A DNA stretch of 64,000 nt from Nymphaea colorata (lineage: Eukaryota): the NCBI RefSeq assembly GCF_008831285.2, contig NC_045138.2, forward strand, positions 13,516,001 through 13,580,000. Reading direction: 5' to 3'. The notes below the pieces were generated by a model. It ran no database searches. It was not told the DNA's origin and saw only the letters and a program-made list of their open reading frames with translations. How positions within the stretch are numbered: the stretch's first letter is position 1; each line of letters opens with the position of its first letter. The position numbers and the translations under genes are program-made. Positions 1 to 13,659 of the stretch are shown here, in pieces.

Positions 1-230
1 AAGAGTTCTGATGATCTCAGTTGATTTTATACCTTAATCACCATTGCCATAAGTTCATTGCTGTGGCATATTCCCAAAGCAAGATCTAGTATTAATGTAT
101 GACAAGTTTCTGCTATTTTTCTGATCCAAGATCTTCTCCAACAATTTTCTGTTTGACTTTCCTTTTTTTATGTTCATAACATATTTCTTTCCTTCATTTA
201 TGCTTAGCCAGTTGCTTGAATTTTATTTAG

Positions 231-1597
231 TGTCTGTGCAGTGGAAGCGCATGGTAACAAGTAACGACCCTCCTGCTCGAGCATATCATTCCATGACTTG
301 CATAGGTTCTCGCTATCTATTGTTTGGTGGTTATGATGGAAAGTCTACCTATGGTGATTTGTGGTGGTTGGTTCCAGAAGGTAATTTCTGTAAAAATTTT
401 TTCTGATGGTCTTCTTATGTTAACATTATTAGATGTATAAATTAATTGAGTTATGGAAATATAATCAAGGCTAAGATGGAGGGTACTGTGCGAAGTGAAA
501 ATAGGAATTAGCAACCTTTCTCACTTTTTATGTCTTTTTGTTCTGGTATCTTCTCGGTTCACAGATGATCCTATTGCAAAGCGGTCAGGTCCCTCTCGAG
601 AAACCAATTCTTCAGAAAGCACTTATGTTATGTCCAGTACTTTGGACAAACCTATGAAGGTATATCAGCACTTATTTTAGCTTTTGAATACTATTAGTGC
701 TAGGATTGAAGTTTCTCTGTTCTTGAGGTTTCTGCCTTTGATCAAGTGTTTCTAATAGCTGATATTGCGTCCCCATCTGCTATAGGAAGATGATGCATCT
801 ATTACGACTGAGTTGCATAAAAGATTGGGTATTTCGGTATCTATTCCTTCAGAATCTGACGGTGGACTTGTTGACGAAGTGAATGACAAGGAGCTTCTTG
901 ATCTGTCATCAAGGCTTGCTTCAAAAATGAATATAACAACTCACAATGAGACTGATCTTGTTCAGGTATGTGCCGTCTTGGTACAGGGTCATTCCAGTTG
1001 ACATTGACAGATTGGCCGCATGTTCCATTAAGCTTTATGTCAATACAGGCCCTTCGGGAACACTGGATGAAATGTTCGGCAAGGTCAATACAGCTGCAAG
1101 AGCTTGGGCCACTCCTCCGAGACTATCAACGTTTGGTCTCCAGGTCACTATCAGCCTTTTGTGGAGGTTTGGTGCATTGCTTTTATAAAGCAAGTACCCT
1201 GTGCATTGAAAAATATATCGTCTTGCTTTAGTCCATTGAGATTTTAACTTTTATTTATCAAATTTCATCTGATTTTTCCCTCGCCACTTTTCTGTATTTG
1301 GTATTGTTGTAGGAAATATGCAGACTCTACTTATTCTGGCACGCCAGTTTTTCACTTCTTCCATGTGAGGAATGCTTCTCAGGTATGAGTCCAGGGATTA
1401 TGAAACGGGCTAACTATAGGCTATATATAGGCATTAATAGGTTTCTGCTGGGTGAAGTTTCAGTTATGTGCTCGTTTTTTAATCTTTCCATCTTGTGTGA
1501 TGAATGTGTGCATGTTCAGTTGCGTATGAGTGACATCCCTAAATTGCTGAACGAGTATCATCTACTTCTCTCAAACGGAGGCGTGGAGCATGGATAG
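231..1597 (+). CDS. Kelch/galactose-oxidase repeat protein, 3' exons only (231-380, 565-659, 786-965, 1049-1143, 1313-1382, 1520-1597); the gene starts before the window
   Basis: Kelch motif [38 protein letters not shown]-bounded exons join in frame through [28 protein letters not shown] and [13 protein letters not shown] to a TAG at 1595-1597. From recall it resembles Arabidopsis At2g36360-type proteins. Confidence 0.85.
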
Positions 1598-4500
1598 TCT
1601 GTTTTTCGTAGTTCTTGTTGCTGAGGTGTCAAGTATTTGTATGTACGCACCACGCCAATCTGATGGAGTGGGGTCTCTAATGCGGTTATGCTTTCAACAT
1701 TTGAAGAAGCTAACATGGTATGCCTTTTGTAATTTGATTGTTTTGTAGTTTGATGACTATTTTTTTTCCAAAGGTACCAATATGATCAAAACCTCAAAAT
1801 ATACTTTACGCCATTTTATTCTTGCTTATCATTGACCTCAATGTTACTTCTTTAAGCCGTCTGTTCAGAAACATCCGATAAAGAATGTTATTTCTTTCAA
1901 TTTTTAGATATCAATTTATTTGATGCGAACACATCATCAGACCATATTGCTGTTATTTGTTCAGTTGGTTCGTATTGTTCCCCTCGTGCATTTCAAGTCC
2001 GTTGATTAGGTTACCGTAAACTTGGTTCGAAGATTAAGCAGCTCCTGTAGTCTTCCTCTTGAGGCCTATTGAGGTTTCCTGAGTGTTCCAAGCAGAGCAC
2101 GTACGAGCTGAATCATGGATGGTCTTAGAGAAAATCTTTGCATGGCAGGTCCGTGGTCATAATCGAAGAGTGTTTTATGAGGTGGAGCCTAATCTGTATC
2201 CAAAATTTTTTGTACTCGTGCTAGATTCTTGGAAAGCTGGTCGATATCAAGCATTTGCTTGTAAAGGAATGATTTAGCGTCTGAATCTATAGGATTTTAT
2301 GTTCTGTTCTGAACGCCATGGTTTCCCATTTTGTGATTGTATCTAGGAAAATTATCTGGATGCCATATCTCGATTTACACGATTTTGTTTTAACCCCTAA
2401 CGATATTTTGGCGTTTCAATTATTATTATTATTATTATTATTTTCTAATGATAGAGCTGTCCGGCATAGGTGTGAAAGTTCTCATTTTTATTCATTTTTA
2501 ATCTTCGTGTGTATTAAAGGGAGGGCTGGCACAGTAGTACATCGACAAGTGGTCATATTCGTGATATGTCAAAAGAAAAAAGATCAGAATCGTGAGGAGA
2601 TATTTTGCCCTTAAAAGATTATTGTATAACATTTCATGAGTTGGTCTTGAAGCAACCAGAAAAGATTCTGCAAGGTGCAATGAAGAATCCAATAGGTATT
2701 ATTTAATTAGACAATGGTTGATCACCAGATCTAAATTCAGAGGTTGGTTCAGATTGATGCGACATGTGGTAGCAATCAAGTAGGGGATCAATACCGGCCG
2801 AAAATCTCATACACGAATCCCTGAGGGCTCCATCGTTCAAGTTCAAGTTTAAAAATTTTCAGTAGGCAAGGTCTTGACGACCCACTTATGGTTGGGGTGT
2901 CAAACCAATCTATGTACTTTCTACGACCTCTTGTTTAGAAACGAAGGTGGTTCGATTATGAAGAATGTGGCTATAGTTTATGAAATTTCATACTCGAGCT
3001 GGGTTTTGAAACTGGGTGGATCTGAAATTGTTCAAGGTTTATAAAAAAACTCAGAGTCTGATGCTCACTCGAGCAGGATGGAAGTCCAAATTCCCCCAAA
3101 GCTTGTCAACACTCCCAAAGCTTGTCAACATTCATATGATCAATTTGGAAAAATCACCAATGTGCAGTAAGAACATGAAAAATAGCAAGATGCCAACATT
3201 GTTGACGTTAACAGAATGACCTTGGACACTGACGGGTTCTTTCCACCCTCCTTTTCTTTCTTAATTTAGAAAACATGTTGGCTTTCCAACCAGCGATTTG
3301 TCGAGCGGAACGGGCGTTTGAAAAGAAGTCTTGACAGCAGGATGAGCACTTTATGACTTTTTTTTTATATTAAAAAAGAAGTTTGTCGATCTAAAAGCAT
3401 CTTTGGACCTTGTATAAGCATGATTGACTTATGGACGACTTTATCATTGTTCTTTTTATTGAAGTATGAAACAGAAGGTATAGGGAGTGGTAATCAATCT
3501 ACTCATGTAGAAATTGATTTGAATATTGTGTCGACCTTGCGATTTGCGCGCGTCGATATTGGAACGTGAAAACAAAATCTCATGTGGTATAAGATGGTCA
3601 AAAGTTTTTCATTTCCTTGCATTCATGAAGCTTGAAAGTGACGCGCATTCGTAGAATTGCTCTAGACTACTTCGAAGAGCATGACTCTCAGGCAAATGAA
3701 TAATACAAGCTTTTCACTTTCTCACTACTTTAATTTATCTTCACATATATGCTAGCCAGTCTGATAAGGGGCAAATGAAGAGAAATTTACTCATGTTAAA
3801 AACTTGAGATCAAGAAAGAAATGCTAAAAGCTGTGGAAATTTCAACCACGTCGTGGATCAGCATCTTACCCTGGTTCTAACAAAATAGAGAGGGCCATTA
3901 TGCGGATGAAACTCCATTAGTATTGCAAGTTGTAAATAATAATCATCGGACGCTTGAATAATAAAGCAAATGATCGCCTCCCACTTTAGTTTTCCTTTAC
4001 CAAAGTCGGATCTTTTTTGTTATCTTTCCAGGGAAGACACCTTCTTGATCTTGCTGTAGGTTTAGAAAAGCCATTTGTGATGGCTGACTTTTTCCATGTG
4101 ATATGCAGCAAAGGTTTTCTTTCTAAGTCACCTCTATATTCTTATTCCTTAAGAGTACTTTCAGATTTAATTGCCTAATAAAATGCAAGTTGTAATTTGT
4201 AATAAAAACATCTCATGGAACCATAAAATGGAAAAGAAGAAAAGGTCATAAGTTTCGCCCAGGGGTTTGACACATTCAACGCAACCCAACTTAAGCCTAC
4301 CTTAGACTTTGAACTTTAATAAAATAAATCTTGTTCTCGGCAAAAGAAATATTCAACAGAATTCCAAAAATCATTACTTTGCACTTGATCTTAACCAAAA
4401 GGCTGTGAAACGTATAAAAGTCATTAATTTGGAGAAATTGTACATATCAAACACAAATTTGATGCTTTGAAGCTCAAATTATATATATAAAAGCTGCAGC

Positions 4501-4700
4501 TTTTTGAAGGAGGACAAAAGCTTCGGCAGTTGAAATGTTTGGCGCCTTCAGCCCACAAATTTATACTTAAACTAACTGTTGGATACCAACTACGAGATGT
4601 AACGGTCGAAACTCAACTGGCTGAAGACAACAAACCCAAAAACACGCATGCATTTCTAAATTTCTAATGTGTTGCAAGTAAAGGCGTGCTTGAAGAGTTG

Positions 4701-4800
<100 letters not shown>

Positions 4801-5827
4801 GTTTTTACGTAGAACATTTAAAGGTAAGAGACGACTATCTTGTCTTGTGGGTATTGCACCTACTTTTGAGTACCAAGAAAACAAATGTCACGTGTTAACG
4901 TCATGAATCTTAACACTGCAGCCCATAGTTTTAGCCGAACTGCCATGTAGGAAAGGGCCCGTTTTCTGCCGGAGTCTGTTCACCTATACAAGTAAGAGTA
5001 GATGAGAACGTTGGACCGTAATGTTAGTAAAAGCTATCCCCCGTAGCTTGACCGTAGAAAAGCAAAGGCAACTCCGAATCTTTTGTAGAAGATAAGTGGA
5101 ACATGATTGTGACACCAAGCCTACGCCTTTCTGCCGCAAGCGCGAAACTTTTACTTGTTCTGGCCAACCCACTTTGTCCCATTTCATATCGCACTAATAT
5201 GAAACTAAAGGCCTGTTAAAGCATCGGCACTTCTTTTGGGGTTAGGTGATACCAAACCACCAACTTTTCTGAAACTGTTGAACCAGTCATGCTTGCTTAG
5301 TTATTGTTGTGAAGGAAATAGATCCCGTAAAACAATTTACCACCCAAAAATAAGAAGTATCATAATTATCTTTCCGAACTTTCTAGAAATTATATAGTAT
5401 GTATAAAAAGATTACTATGTAGTTGTGAGAAAACTAGTTATTTTGACTGTGTGCGTAAAATGTCTGTGTGCGTATGCTTGCACGCGAAGAAGATATTTCT
5501 CTGAGAATGAGATAAGAACACATTTTCAATTTAATTACACGAATTTCGGGAATTGAACGGTGCAGCTAGATATAGTTAAAGGTTGCTGGGAGCATCTGCA
5601 GATAAAATAATAAATAAAAGCAGGTGAACGTTGCTTATTCCGCTTTGGCCACTGTGTTCAGGTCAAGAGTTTGGGATGCTCTGCAAGCAGAACGGGACGA
5701 CGCCCATGTGCCATTATGCTCTGTTTCCTCATCGTTTGAGTTGGTGCCAACTCAAACCAGTAGAGAGATGCTTCGAAAGCCAGTTGCAAACTGACTTAAG
5801 TAACTTTTAAATTTAAGGGGTGCGTCA

Positions 5828-5829
5828 CT

Positions 5830-5863
<34 letters not shown>

Positions 5864-5864
5864 C
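5828..5864. repeat. Compound microsatellite (CA)n(TA)n
   Basis: Directly visible dinucleotide runs. Confidence 0.9.
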
Positions 5865-6087
5865 ATAGAGAGGGTACAACTCAATGGATCTTGTCAATTA
5901 CATGTCAAGTTTAATACAGTTAACAGTCATCCAAGGTCGAGCAAGCAATGTTCACAAGAACCCCCACAAACAACAAAACAAAAAAGCACGCGCACCGGCA
6001 ACAAATAATTGAATGCACAAGACACACACCAAACCACACACTTTGTTACAGAAAGTCCCCATAAAACTCTCTCCCTCCATCGCTTTC

Positions 6088-8324
6088 TCAAGGTTTTATG
6101 AGCATAGACTCGAGGCTCCTGTTCAGCTCCTCCAACTTTTTCATCCTCAGCCTTTCGCTCTCGGTCACCAACTGTTGGTCCAATTTGCATTAATTAGAAG
6201 AAGCGAACAAATAATTAAGGTGCCATTGTCATGATCAGATGAAAACCAGACAGGAAAAAAATTTTACAAACCCAAAAAGACAGGCATCTTTATGCTCACC
6301 TCCATTAGTTTAGTAATCAATTGAGATTTTTCTCTGTTCTTCTCATTGTAAGCCTCGAGCGCGTCTTTGTATTCCTTCTCCTGTGATAAAGAAAACATAA
6401 CGGGAAAAAAGGTGTTACTAGTTTCAAATCATATTCCAGCTCTATGAAAATCACTGTTATATATATAAGAATCCCCTATATAGAAGAATCCCCTTCTTGT
6501 TCTTCTTTTCAATATAAGAAAGTCAGATTCTCAAAAAGTGAAAAAAAAAACACCTCGAAATGAAAGACCTAACTACAGGGAGTCGGTACTCAACAGAATC
6601 TTAGGACACAAGGCGTATGGGGAAGCGTCAGAGCCAAATTGCAGCCCAATGTCAGAACGTCATGAACATAACGGACTCACCTTCTTTACGCAAGCCTGAG
6701 CAAGTGGCTTCAACTCTCTGCTCACACTGTCAATCTTTTTGCGAATTGATGATACTTCCTTCCTTGTAGGATCTGTCAATGCATCAAGTTCCTGCAAGCA
6801 ACAAAGATACACAACATACTCATATTAATAAAAAGACATTGCATGCAGCACTAACTTGGCTATGTGCTTAACCGTTTCAGATAAGAAAGCGCAATCATTT
6901 TGCGATTTAAGCAGGTAAACTTGAGTGGAGACCAACTTAACTAACAACTATATCAAGGAATCCGAACTCCTCTGCTCCGAGACCAGGGGGATCTACCAGA
7001 TTCGATCAAACACCAAAAGCTGAATTGTGGGCATCTTCAACCCCCAGCAGGAAGAGCTAAGTCTCCGCTTCCGCGGAAAGCCATGGAGTGGAGGCTATAC
7101 GGGCGGCCCCACTCCTGGTTGGCTCATAATTCCTGTGATGACTACACATCATGAAGGTGATTCGATTGGACCCAGTTCAAGGCCTAAACCTAGTCTCCGA
7201 TCTTGGGTCTGACCAACCAATTCATCATCAATTTGATGCATAAGTGTGAAACTTTTTTTCTTTCTCCAATTTTTAAGGACAATTGGTTAGTAAAAATTCA
7301 CAACTACCGCTCCTTCCTTTCTAGATCTCAAGTGAGAAACACTTGGGTTGCAAGGTAGGTCTCCTACCCGTTCCGGCACTTATGCAGGAGGCAACTAGCC
7401 TTGAGGCTTGAACAAAGAGGACTGCTGGGAAGAGCCCAAGAGCTTCTATGTGTCTCATGCAAGCGAGTAAGTGGTATAACGGCCAAAACTGGAAGGTGGT
7501 AGTAGAAAAAGTCATACAAATTTGTGAAAAAACCATCAACTTGCTGGAGAAAGGGAGGTTGCAGTGTTGCATGGGGAGCTGTTTTTCCATTTTTCCCTTC
7601 TCATGGGTGGGAAGCACTATTTCTATTTGCACAAACACAATCTCCAGGCCTGCTGAAACTTGGATCAGAAGAGGTACAGGCAAGAAGCATTTTACGGCTT
7701 TCCCCAGGGATCTGTCTAAATTGGTTTTGTAATACAACAAGTTTTAGAACATGGTCAGTTACTACCGGCCCCTGATCCTTATGTCCAACCATCTTTGACA
7801 TAAAAACCACAGACATCCGAGTCCCCAGAAACTGGATCCCCTTTTAGCCTTGGCCTCTGTGGAGGGACGCATGCACACACGCACACACACATAAAAAACT
7901 TTGGGTGTCGAAGTCGTGACGTCTGTTCAACTTGATATGCACGGCCATGCTTCCCAACCAGGAGTTGGGAACCCTTAATTTGAAGTTCGAACAGAACTAA
8001 GGACGAATTCGGAACAAGGAAGCGAAGAAGCTGAAAAAAGGGTTCCGGTGGTAATTGGTCGGAGCATGTACTTACTTCTTTGATCTCCGCCAAGCGCTTG
8101 GTCTCTTCCTCGACGCGACCCAGCTGAGCCTGCACCCTTTCCTTCACCTCCATCTTCTTCCTCTCGATTTGCTCCTCCTTCGCCCTGAAGGCCGTCAGCG
8201 CCGACCGGGACGCCTCGTCTTCGTCCCCCTTCTCGTCCTTCACAGTCTCGCTGAAGCTTTCGAGGCTTTTCAGCCTGAGCACTTGCTGCTGCTGTTCAGA
8301 CGCCTGCTTCTCTACCTGCTGCAT
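6088..8324 (-). CDS. DUF662 / RAB6-interacting golgin-like coiled-coil protein; exons 8076-8324, 6681-6791, 6300-6380, 6088-6171
   Basis: ATG at 8324. Reads SRSALTAFRAKEEQIERKKMEVKERVQAQLGRVEEETKRLAEIKE | ELDALTDPTRKEV.. | EKEYKDALEAYNEKNREKSQLITKLME | LVTESERLRMKKLEELNRSLE to TGA. All three introns are GT-AG and phase 0. Confidence 0.9.
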
Positions 8325-8397
8325 CTTTTCCCTCCCCACAGAAGAACACCAACTTGGGGATGAGTCAGAAACCCCTACCGTCTCTCCCTCACGCGTT

Positions 8398-8420
8398 CTC
8401 TCTCTCTCTCTCTCTCTCTC
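8398..8420. repeat. (CT)n / (GA)n repeat just upstream of the DUF662 start codon
   Basis: Visible run, probably in the 5'UTR or proximal promoter. Confidence 0.8.
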
Positions 8421-11400
8421 CTTAAAGATTAAAGACTCAAGAGTAATGGCGTCCTTTTGCAGGCACTGGGTGGCGTAGGCGAATATAAACAGTAGGCTTA
8501 GGATGAGACAAAGGGGTGGGATTTGTTATTGAGAATAATTTCTCATGAAGGGAGAGAGGCGTAATGACTCATGTACCATTACTCTGGTTTTTGTATTTCA
8601 AAAATGTGCCTGCCAGCTTTGAACCATGATAAATAATTGATCCCCTGCTAAATGACTAAAGTAGCCTCCTTTATATGGAAAAGCAGCTTTTACATCTTGG
8701 TTGGTTGGTCGGTACCCTTTGCCAAAGGAGAGCACCAAGTTGGTGATAACTGCTTGCCCCTTATTTTATTTCAATTCTAAACGCTCTTATCTGGTTTGGT
8801 TAGCTTCTATCCTTGCTAAAGCATGGTCAGTTGGTCAACCGTTCGGCGTCGCTCGTAAATTAAGCTTTTATGCTTTTCTAATTACAAACATCGCCCTTCT
8901 TTTTTGCTTTTTGAAGGTGAAAACGAAATGCCATTAAAAATTCAATGCCAACGGGACATTTTCTAGTCATAAATAAACTTTTTTCATATTTTGTTTGATT
9001 TGTTGTCCTTGACTCCTTTCAACCGTTCTTTTCTCTTATCACAGGGTGTCGGCTACACGCGGCATTTTCTTTTTTTTTTTGGTTTTGTTTTGTTTTTATA
9101 ACGTTGGCCTTTATAACTAAGGGTGACATAAGTTGATCTAATCGCCCTTCTTGTCCTTGGATTGTTAGATTGGGTACTTGGTCAACTGGTTCGATCAGTT
9201 AGGTAAGGGTGCTACATCTGATGATGCTAAGCATGATCATCAGAGTTCCTCCACAAGTGATTGATTACCTTCTCCTTCCAGCTTAGCTACCAAGACTAAG
9301 ACTAAATTAGTGTAGTGGGTGGTACTAATTCCACACATGTACACAGAATCTGCAGATCACACGTTTATTTTGGCAGACCAATTGCATGCCCAAGGTTTGC
9401 AGATACCGGCGGTAATTAAGTTGGTTTAATCTGCCGTTCTTGACGGTTCTGCAGCCGAATCAAACTGGATTCTCGATGCATTTACCCAACTCTACTATTT
9501 GTTGGCCTTCACACGCTTAGCCGCAGAAAAAACAGAAAGCAAAGGCACGACAAAGCTAGCGTTTAGTTGGTTCAAGTGAAATGAACACTTCACTTCTTTT
9601 CTGTTTTGTTCCTTGCATGTGGGTCAAAGAAAGCTTTTAGATCTCTCTCTCTCTCTCTCTCATTAAATGAAAATGGTGTGGTTTTATAAGAGGAAGTTTA
9701 GTGGGGAGGGCATTTTTGGGTAGGAGAGAAGCATTGGGATGATGAGACAGTGTGAGGGATGATGCTTAGGAGTGCCGTCAGAGGGAGTTGGGTTGGGTAG
9801 GGAGTAGGCCAATAAGAAAGGGGTCACGCTCATAGCCGTAGACAGGAAGATACGTGGGAGAGCTAACCCTAACTAACGCCCCTCTCCTGATGATGCATTG
9901 ACACCAAAACTGCTACTGTCTATGCATTTGGAGAAAGAAAGGGAATCCAACCGACTCCCCACAATTTTTTTTTTGGCCTAAACCTGGATTCAGGCTTACA
10001 AGAATTTGACAAGGTGGTGTTCCCTGTTTGTCTTAAAGTTTCTTTTTTTTTTTTTGGGTTGGGGTCCAATATTCAAATGAAAAATAGTTGAAAAATAAGA
10101 TTTCCTTATTTGAGTTTTTTTTTTTTTTTAAATCTCGCAGCCACGGGCACCACGATTGAATCGAATCGGAAACTTTAGCTTCATCTTTAGCTTTTTCTTT
10201 TCCGAAATGAAAGTATAAAGTTGCATCGTCCATTCAAGTGGAATCAGACAATAACGGATGCATCGGTAGAACCCCGAAGCTAATGCCCTTATCATAATCT
10301 ATTAAAGTTCATGTTAGCGGCAACGCCTCTTTCTTCTTCCCCTTCCCCTGCTAGCATAATACATAATTGAACGTTGATCTGCTCCAAAAGGTATTGGGAA
10401 CACTACATGACTAACATTTATGTGAAGATCGGAATATGACAGTCGCCACATTCAGAAAGATTGAGTCACCTTTTCCTATAACTGCGGCAAAATTGTGGCC
10501 TCCGCACATTTTTATGGTTTTTGAACCATGGTTGTATTTGTTATTGCATTAAAACTTGCTTCGATGTATTAATTCATCCGTATGTCAAATCTCCAATGCC
10601 ATGTATAATCAATCGTGAGTAAGGCTATACATTGCCCAACTAGGACCCAGACTCAGCATCATGAGGTACCTGCCATGGCCAAGTCAAGCAACCTGCCTAC
10701 ACAGACGAGCCCAGTTCAGCTTAATATTGTTCAATATAAGACCAGGCCAAAGTCAGACTGACAATTTTCAAGGTGGGTGCCATGGGCGGCCCCAGCCGCC
10801 GCATGCCATAAGGTTAAAATTTTCGCGAGGGTGAACAGAAATTTGAGCATAGGAATGATTTGAACATGGTCCAAAACGTCATGTTGAAGCCAATCTCTAA
10901 GATGATGCAGAACAAACCAAAGATGACATATTGACATGAAGGCTTTTATTTTTTGAAGTTTCTACTTGCGTGAATAAAAAGAACACAACAGTTAACTCGA
11001 CATAGTTCGTTACCATAAATGATCATGAACCCCATCGATTATTACATAAAATGGAGCCGACAGCAATTAAAACTAATAACTACATTTTATTGGAGTACGG
11101 CCTAAAATTATGGTTCACCTCGGACATCCAAGTGCAATAAATTTAAGATTCATCTTAAACAATCATGGTTCATTACGCGGGGACTTCTGCGTCATGTGCT
11201 GGAGTAAATAATAGGTTGGATTCAAGATAGAAGGACAAGGAGTAAAAAGCATTGGTTCTGATGAAATTGCATGGAAACCCCACAAGATTCAACAGGACAT
11301 ACCGAAAAAATAGACAATTCCAATTCGATCTTTTCTTAAGTTCGCTAGAAGTTCTTTATGAAGCTCCACATAAAATGCATACCCCAATTGATGAAGCGCT

Positions 11401-11421
11401 GCTGGTAATTTTCATGCTTCA

Positions 11422-12535
11422 GGCCACGTTTGATGGCCAGGAAAAATACCGTTCATCGAGGGTTTTTTTTCTTTTTTGTACGGTTTCAACCGATTTCAAC
11501 GAGCGCCATCAAACGGCGCTAAAATCCCCCCGCTCAAAACTCGTTTCCAGGGTAAATTTACCCTGGAAAAAAGTCGGACCCGTGAGGGTCCGACTTTTTT
11601 TTGGGGATAATTTTTTTGCCCATTAGGGCTTCTTCCAGCGCTCCTCTCCCTCGCGACCGCTTCCACACAGGCAAATGTCGCCGTTCGCTGCTGCCGAAGC
11701 TCTCGCCTCTTGCCTGCCGACCCATCACTGTCGTCGCCACTAGTCGGTGCTGCCTCTGCCCTCCCCTGAAATTTCCCTCCCCTGATTCAATGGTTCCTTG
11801 ACTGCTTGCGGTTGCTGCTGCCATCGCCACTCGCTGGTGTTATCGCCACCACCGTCGCCCTTCACTGCGAAAATTCGGGGCTGTTCATTTTCTTCTCTTG
11901 CCTGCAATATGTGTCCAGAAGCCCCTCCTTGAATTTCAAAGAGCGAAGCTGAAGTTTGAGGCAGAATTGCAGCAGGAAGCAGAAAATGGGGATTTCACCT
12001 ACAGCATTGTGAGGCCGACGGCTTTCTTCATGAGTTTAGGTGGGCAGGTTGAGTTGGTAAAGGATGGGAAGCCATATGTAATGTTCGGAGATGGCAAACT
12101 ATGCACCTGTAAACCCATCAGCGAAGAGGATTTGGCCTCTTTCATTGCTGACTGCATCTCTTGTGAAGATAAAATTAACAAGATTCTCCCAATTGGTGGA
12201 CCAGGAAAGGCATTAACACCACTTGAGCAGGGAGAATTGTTGTTCAAACTTTTGGGCAAGGAACCCAAGTTTCTGAAAGTTCCAATAGGAATGATGGACT
12301 TTGTAATCGGCATTCTTGATTTTTTGGTTAAATTCTTCTTTTCTCTGGGAGATGCTGCAGAATTTAGAAAAATTGGAAGGTATTATGCTGCAGAAAGTAT
12401 GTTGGTGCTTAACCCAGAAGATGAATGAATAAGCAGGATGTTTGGGTTTCAAATTTTTTCATAAAAAATTTTTCTTGTCTATCAAACTATGCATTTTTTA
12501 CCCATCAAAAAAATTCCAGGCTATCAAACATGACC
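11422..12535. mobile_element. Non-autonomous PIF/Harbinger-type TIR element carrying a host gene fragment (Pack-TIR)
   Basis: Left end GGCCACGTTTGATGGCCAGGAA; the right end reverse-complemented is GGTCATGTTTGATAGCCTGGAA. Flanks are TCA (11419-21) and TTA (12536-38), like a TWA 3-bp TSD with one mismatch. Subterminal (C/T)ATCAAAC copies are present and no transposase is seen. Confidence 0.72.
11868..12428 (+). pseudogene. DVR: Truncated fragment of 3,8-divinyl chlorophyllide a 8-vinyl reductase (PCB2/DVR, NADPH-type)
   Basis: [84 protein letters not shown]. The transit peptide, N-terminal Rossmann region and C-terminal tail are missing. There is an in-frame TGA at 11799 and no ATG between it and the start of homology. 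Confidence 0.9.
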
Positions 12536-13551
12536 TTAAAGCTGCTTGACTCGGGAAAATTTGTGAAAAATTGAAAGTCATCTGTCGACCATAGATGCAG
12601 AAAGAAAGGTACCGGCTTGCAGATCTTCTAAGAATGATAACTGCAGGCAACAAAATTCGCAGACACATTCGTGTGTTGTTCAACTTTTGATCAGCACAAT
12701 GGAACCAGAAAAAGGGGAAAAAATGGTCATAGAAGAGAGATTACATAGCGGTTCTGATCCACGATGCACTGTCGCAGTTGGCACTCGTTTTCCCAAAAAT
12801 TTAGTTACTGGTCGTCGGATTCTACATAAACACATAGCAAAGCAAGAAACCACGTTAAAGATTATCTATCTAAAAGTCATTTCCCCTCTTTTTTAAAACA
12901 AAGTACTGTCTATTGTTTTTTATGAGTTTGCCACCATAAATCATATTAAAAAAGTTCATCACATAATAAACTAAACCTCTTTTTTAAGTTCAGAAACTAC
13001 TAGTCGTTTAGCGTCAATAGGGAAAGGACCAACTTGCTGAAAGACAGGATCGAACACACCTAAGAAGGGCCCCTTGCAGACTCTTGATAGTGGTTTAATT
13101 TCTGTTGAAAGTTGGCAACTATGGTAATTGAAAGCCAAAGGTATTCTTTAAAAGATATGCAGCTCAACCAACTATTCTTCAGTTTATTAGCTCACCAACT
13201 GCGATTTGTTTGGGTACATGATGGCGGAGCAAACCAAAGTTTAATGTGTTATTATTTGCCTTAAAATCGTCAGATCACCAATTCCAGCGTGATGTCACAT
13301 TGAAGATCTAGCATATCAGATATGTTAATAATAAAAATGATTTTTTGCATGTATCTAAACGCAACCAAAGTTCGGAACTTGGTTCACAAAGCGATCAACA
13401 TGTTTTTGCTTTCTTGAATGTAGGTAACCAACCAAAAATGAAAATAGCTAGATGTATGTTTGGCAGGCAGAATTTTGGAAGAAACACGAGGCAGTGACAG
13501 AATAATTCTAACAAATTTCCAAACTTCGTATGCACATTTTGAAGAGGCTAA

Positions 13552-13659
13552 GTTGAAGTTTTGTTTAGTACCAAAATGAAGGCATGAGTTGAAATTTTGT
13601 TTAGTGCCAAAATGAAGGCATGAGTTGAAATTTTGTTTAGTACCAAAATGAAGGCATGA
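13552..13659. repeat. Tandem repeat, 3 x 36 bp
   Basis: Unit GTTGAA(A/G)TTTTGTTTAGT(A/G)CCAAAATGAAGGCATGA, head to tail with no spacers. Confidence 0.95.

Noticed and set aside
3810..3838. miR396-like sequence (TCAAGAAAG...CTGTGGAA)
   Set aside because: The match is interrupted by extra bases and I see no hairpin partner; probably chance.
7321..7816. Overlapping ORFs in DUF662 intron 1
   Set aside because: No recognisable domain and no supporting splice structure.
11898..12428. Functional DVR gene or retrocopy
   Set aside because: It is truncated at both ends, has no upstream ATG and no poly(A) tail, and sits inside TIRs. Lack of introns is uninformative because plant DVR coding regions are, as I recall, typically intronless.
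13552..13659. 36-bp repeats as a CRISPR array
   Set aside because: The units are head to tail with no spacers, the context is eukaryotic, and there are no cas genes.
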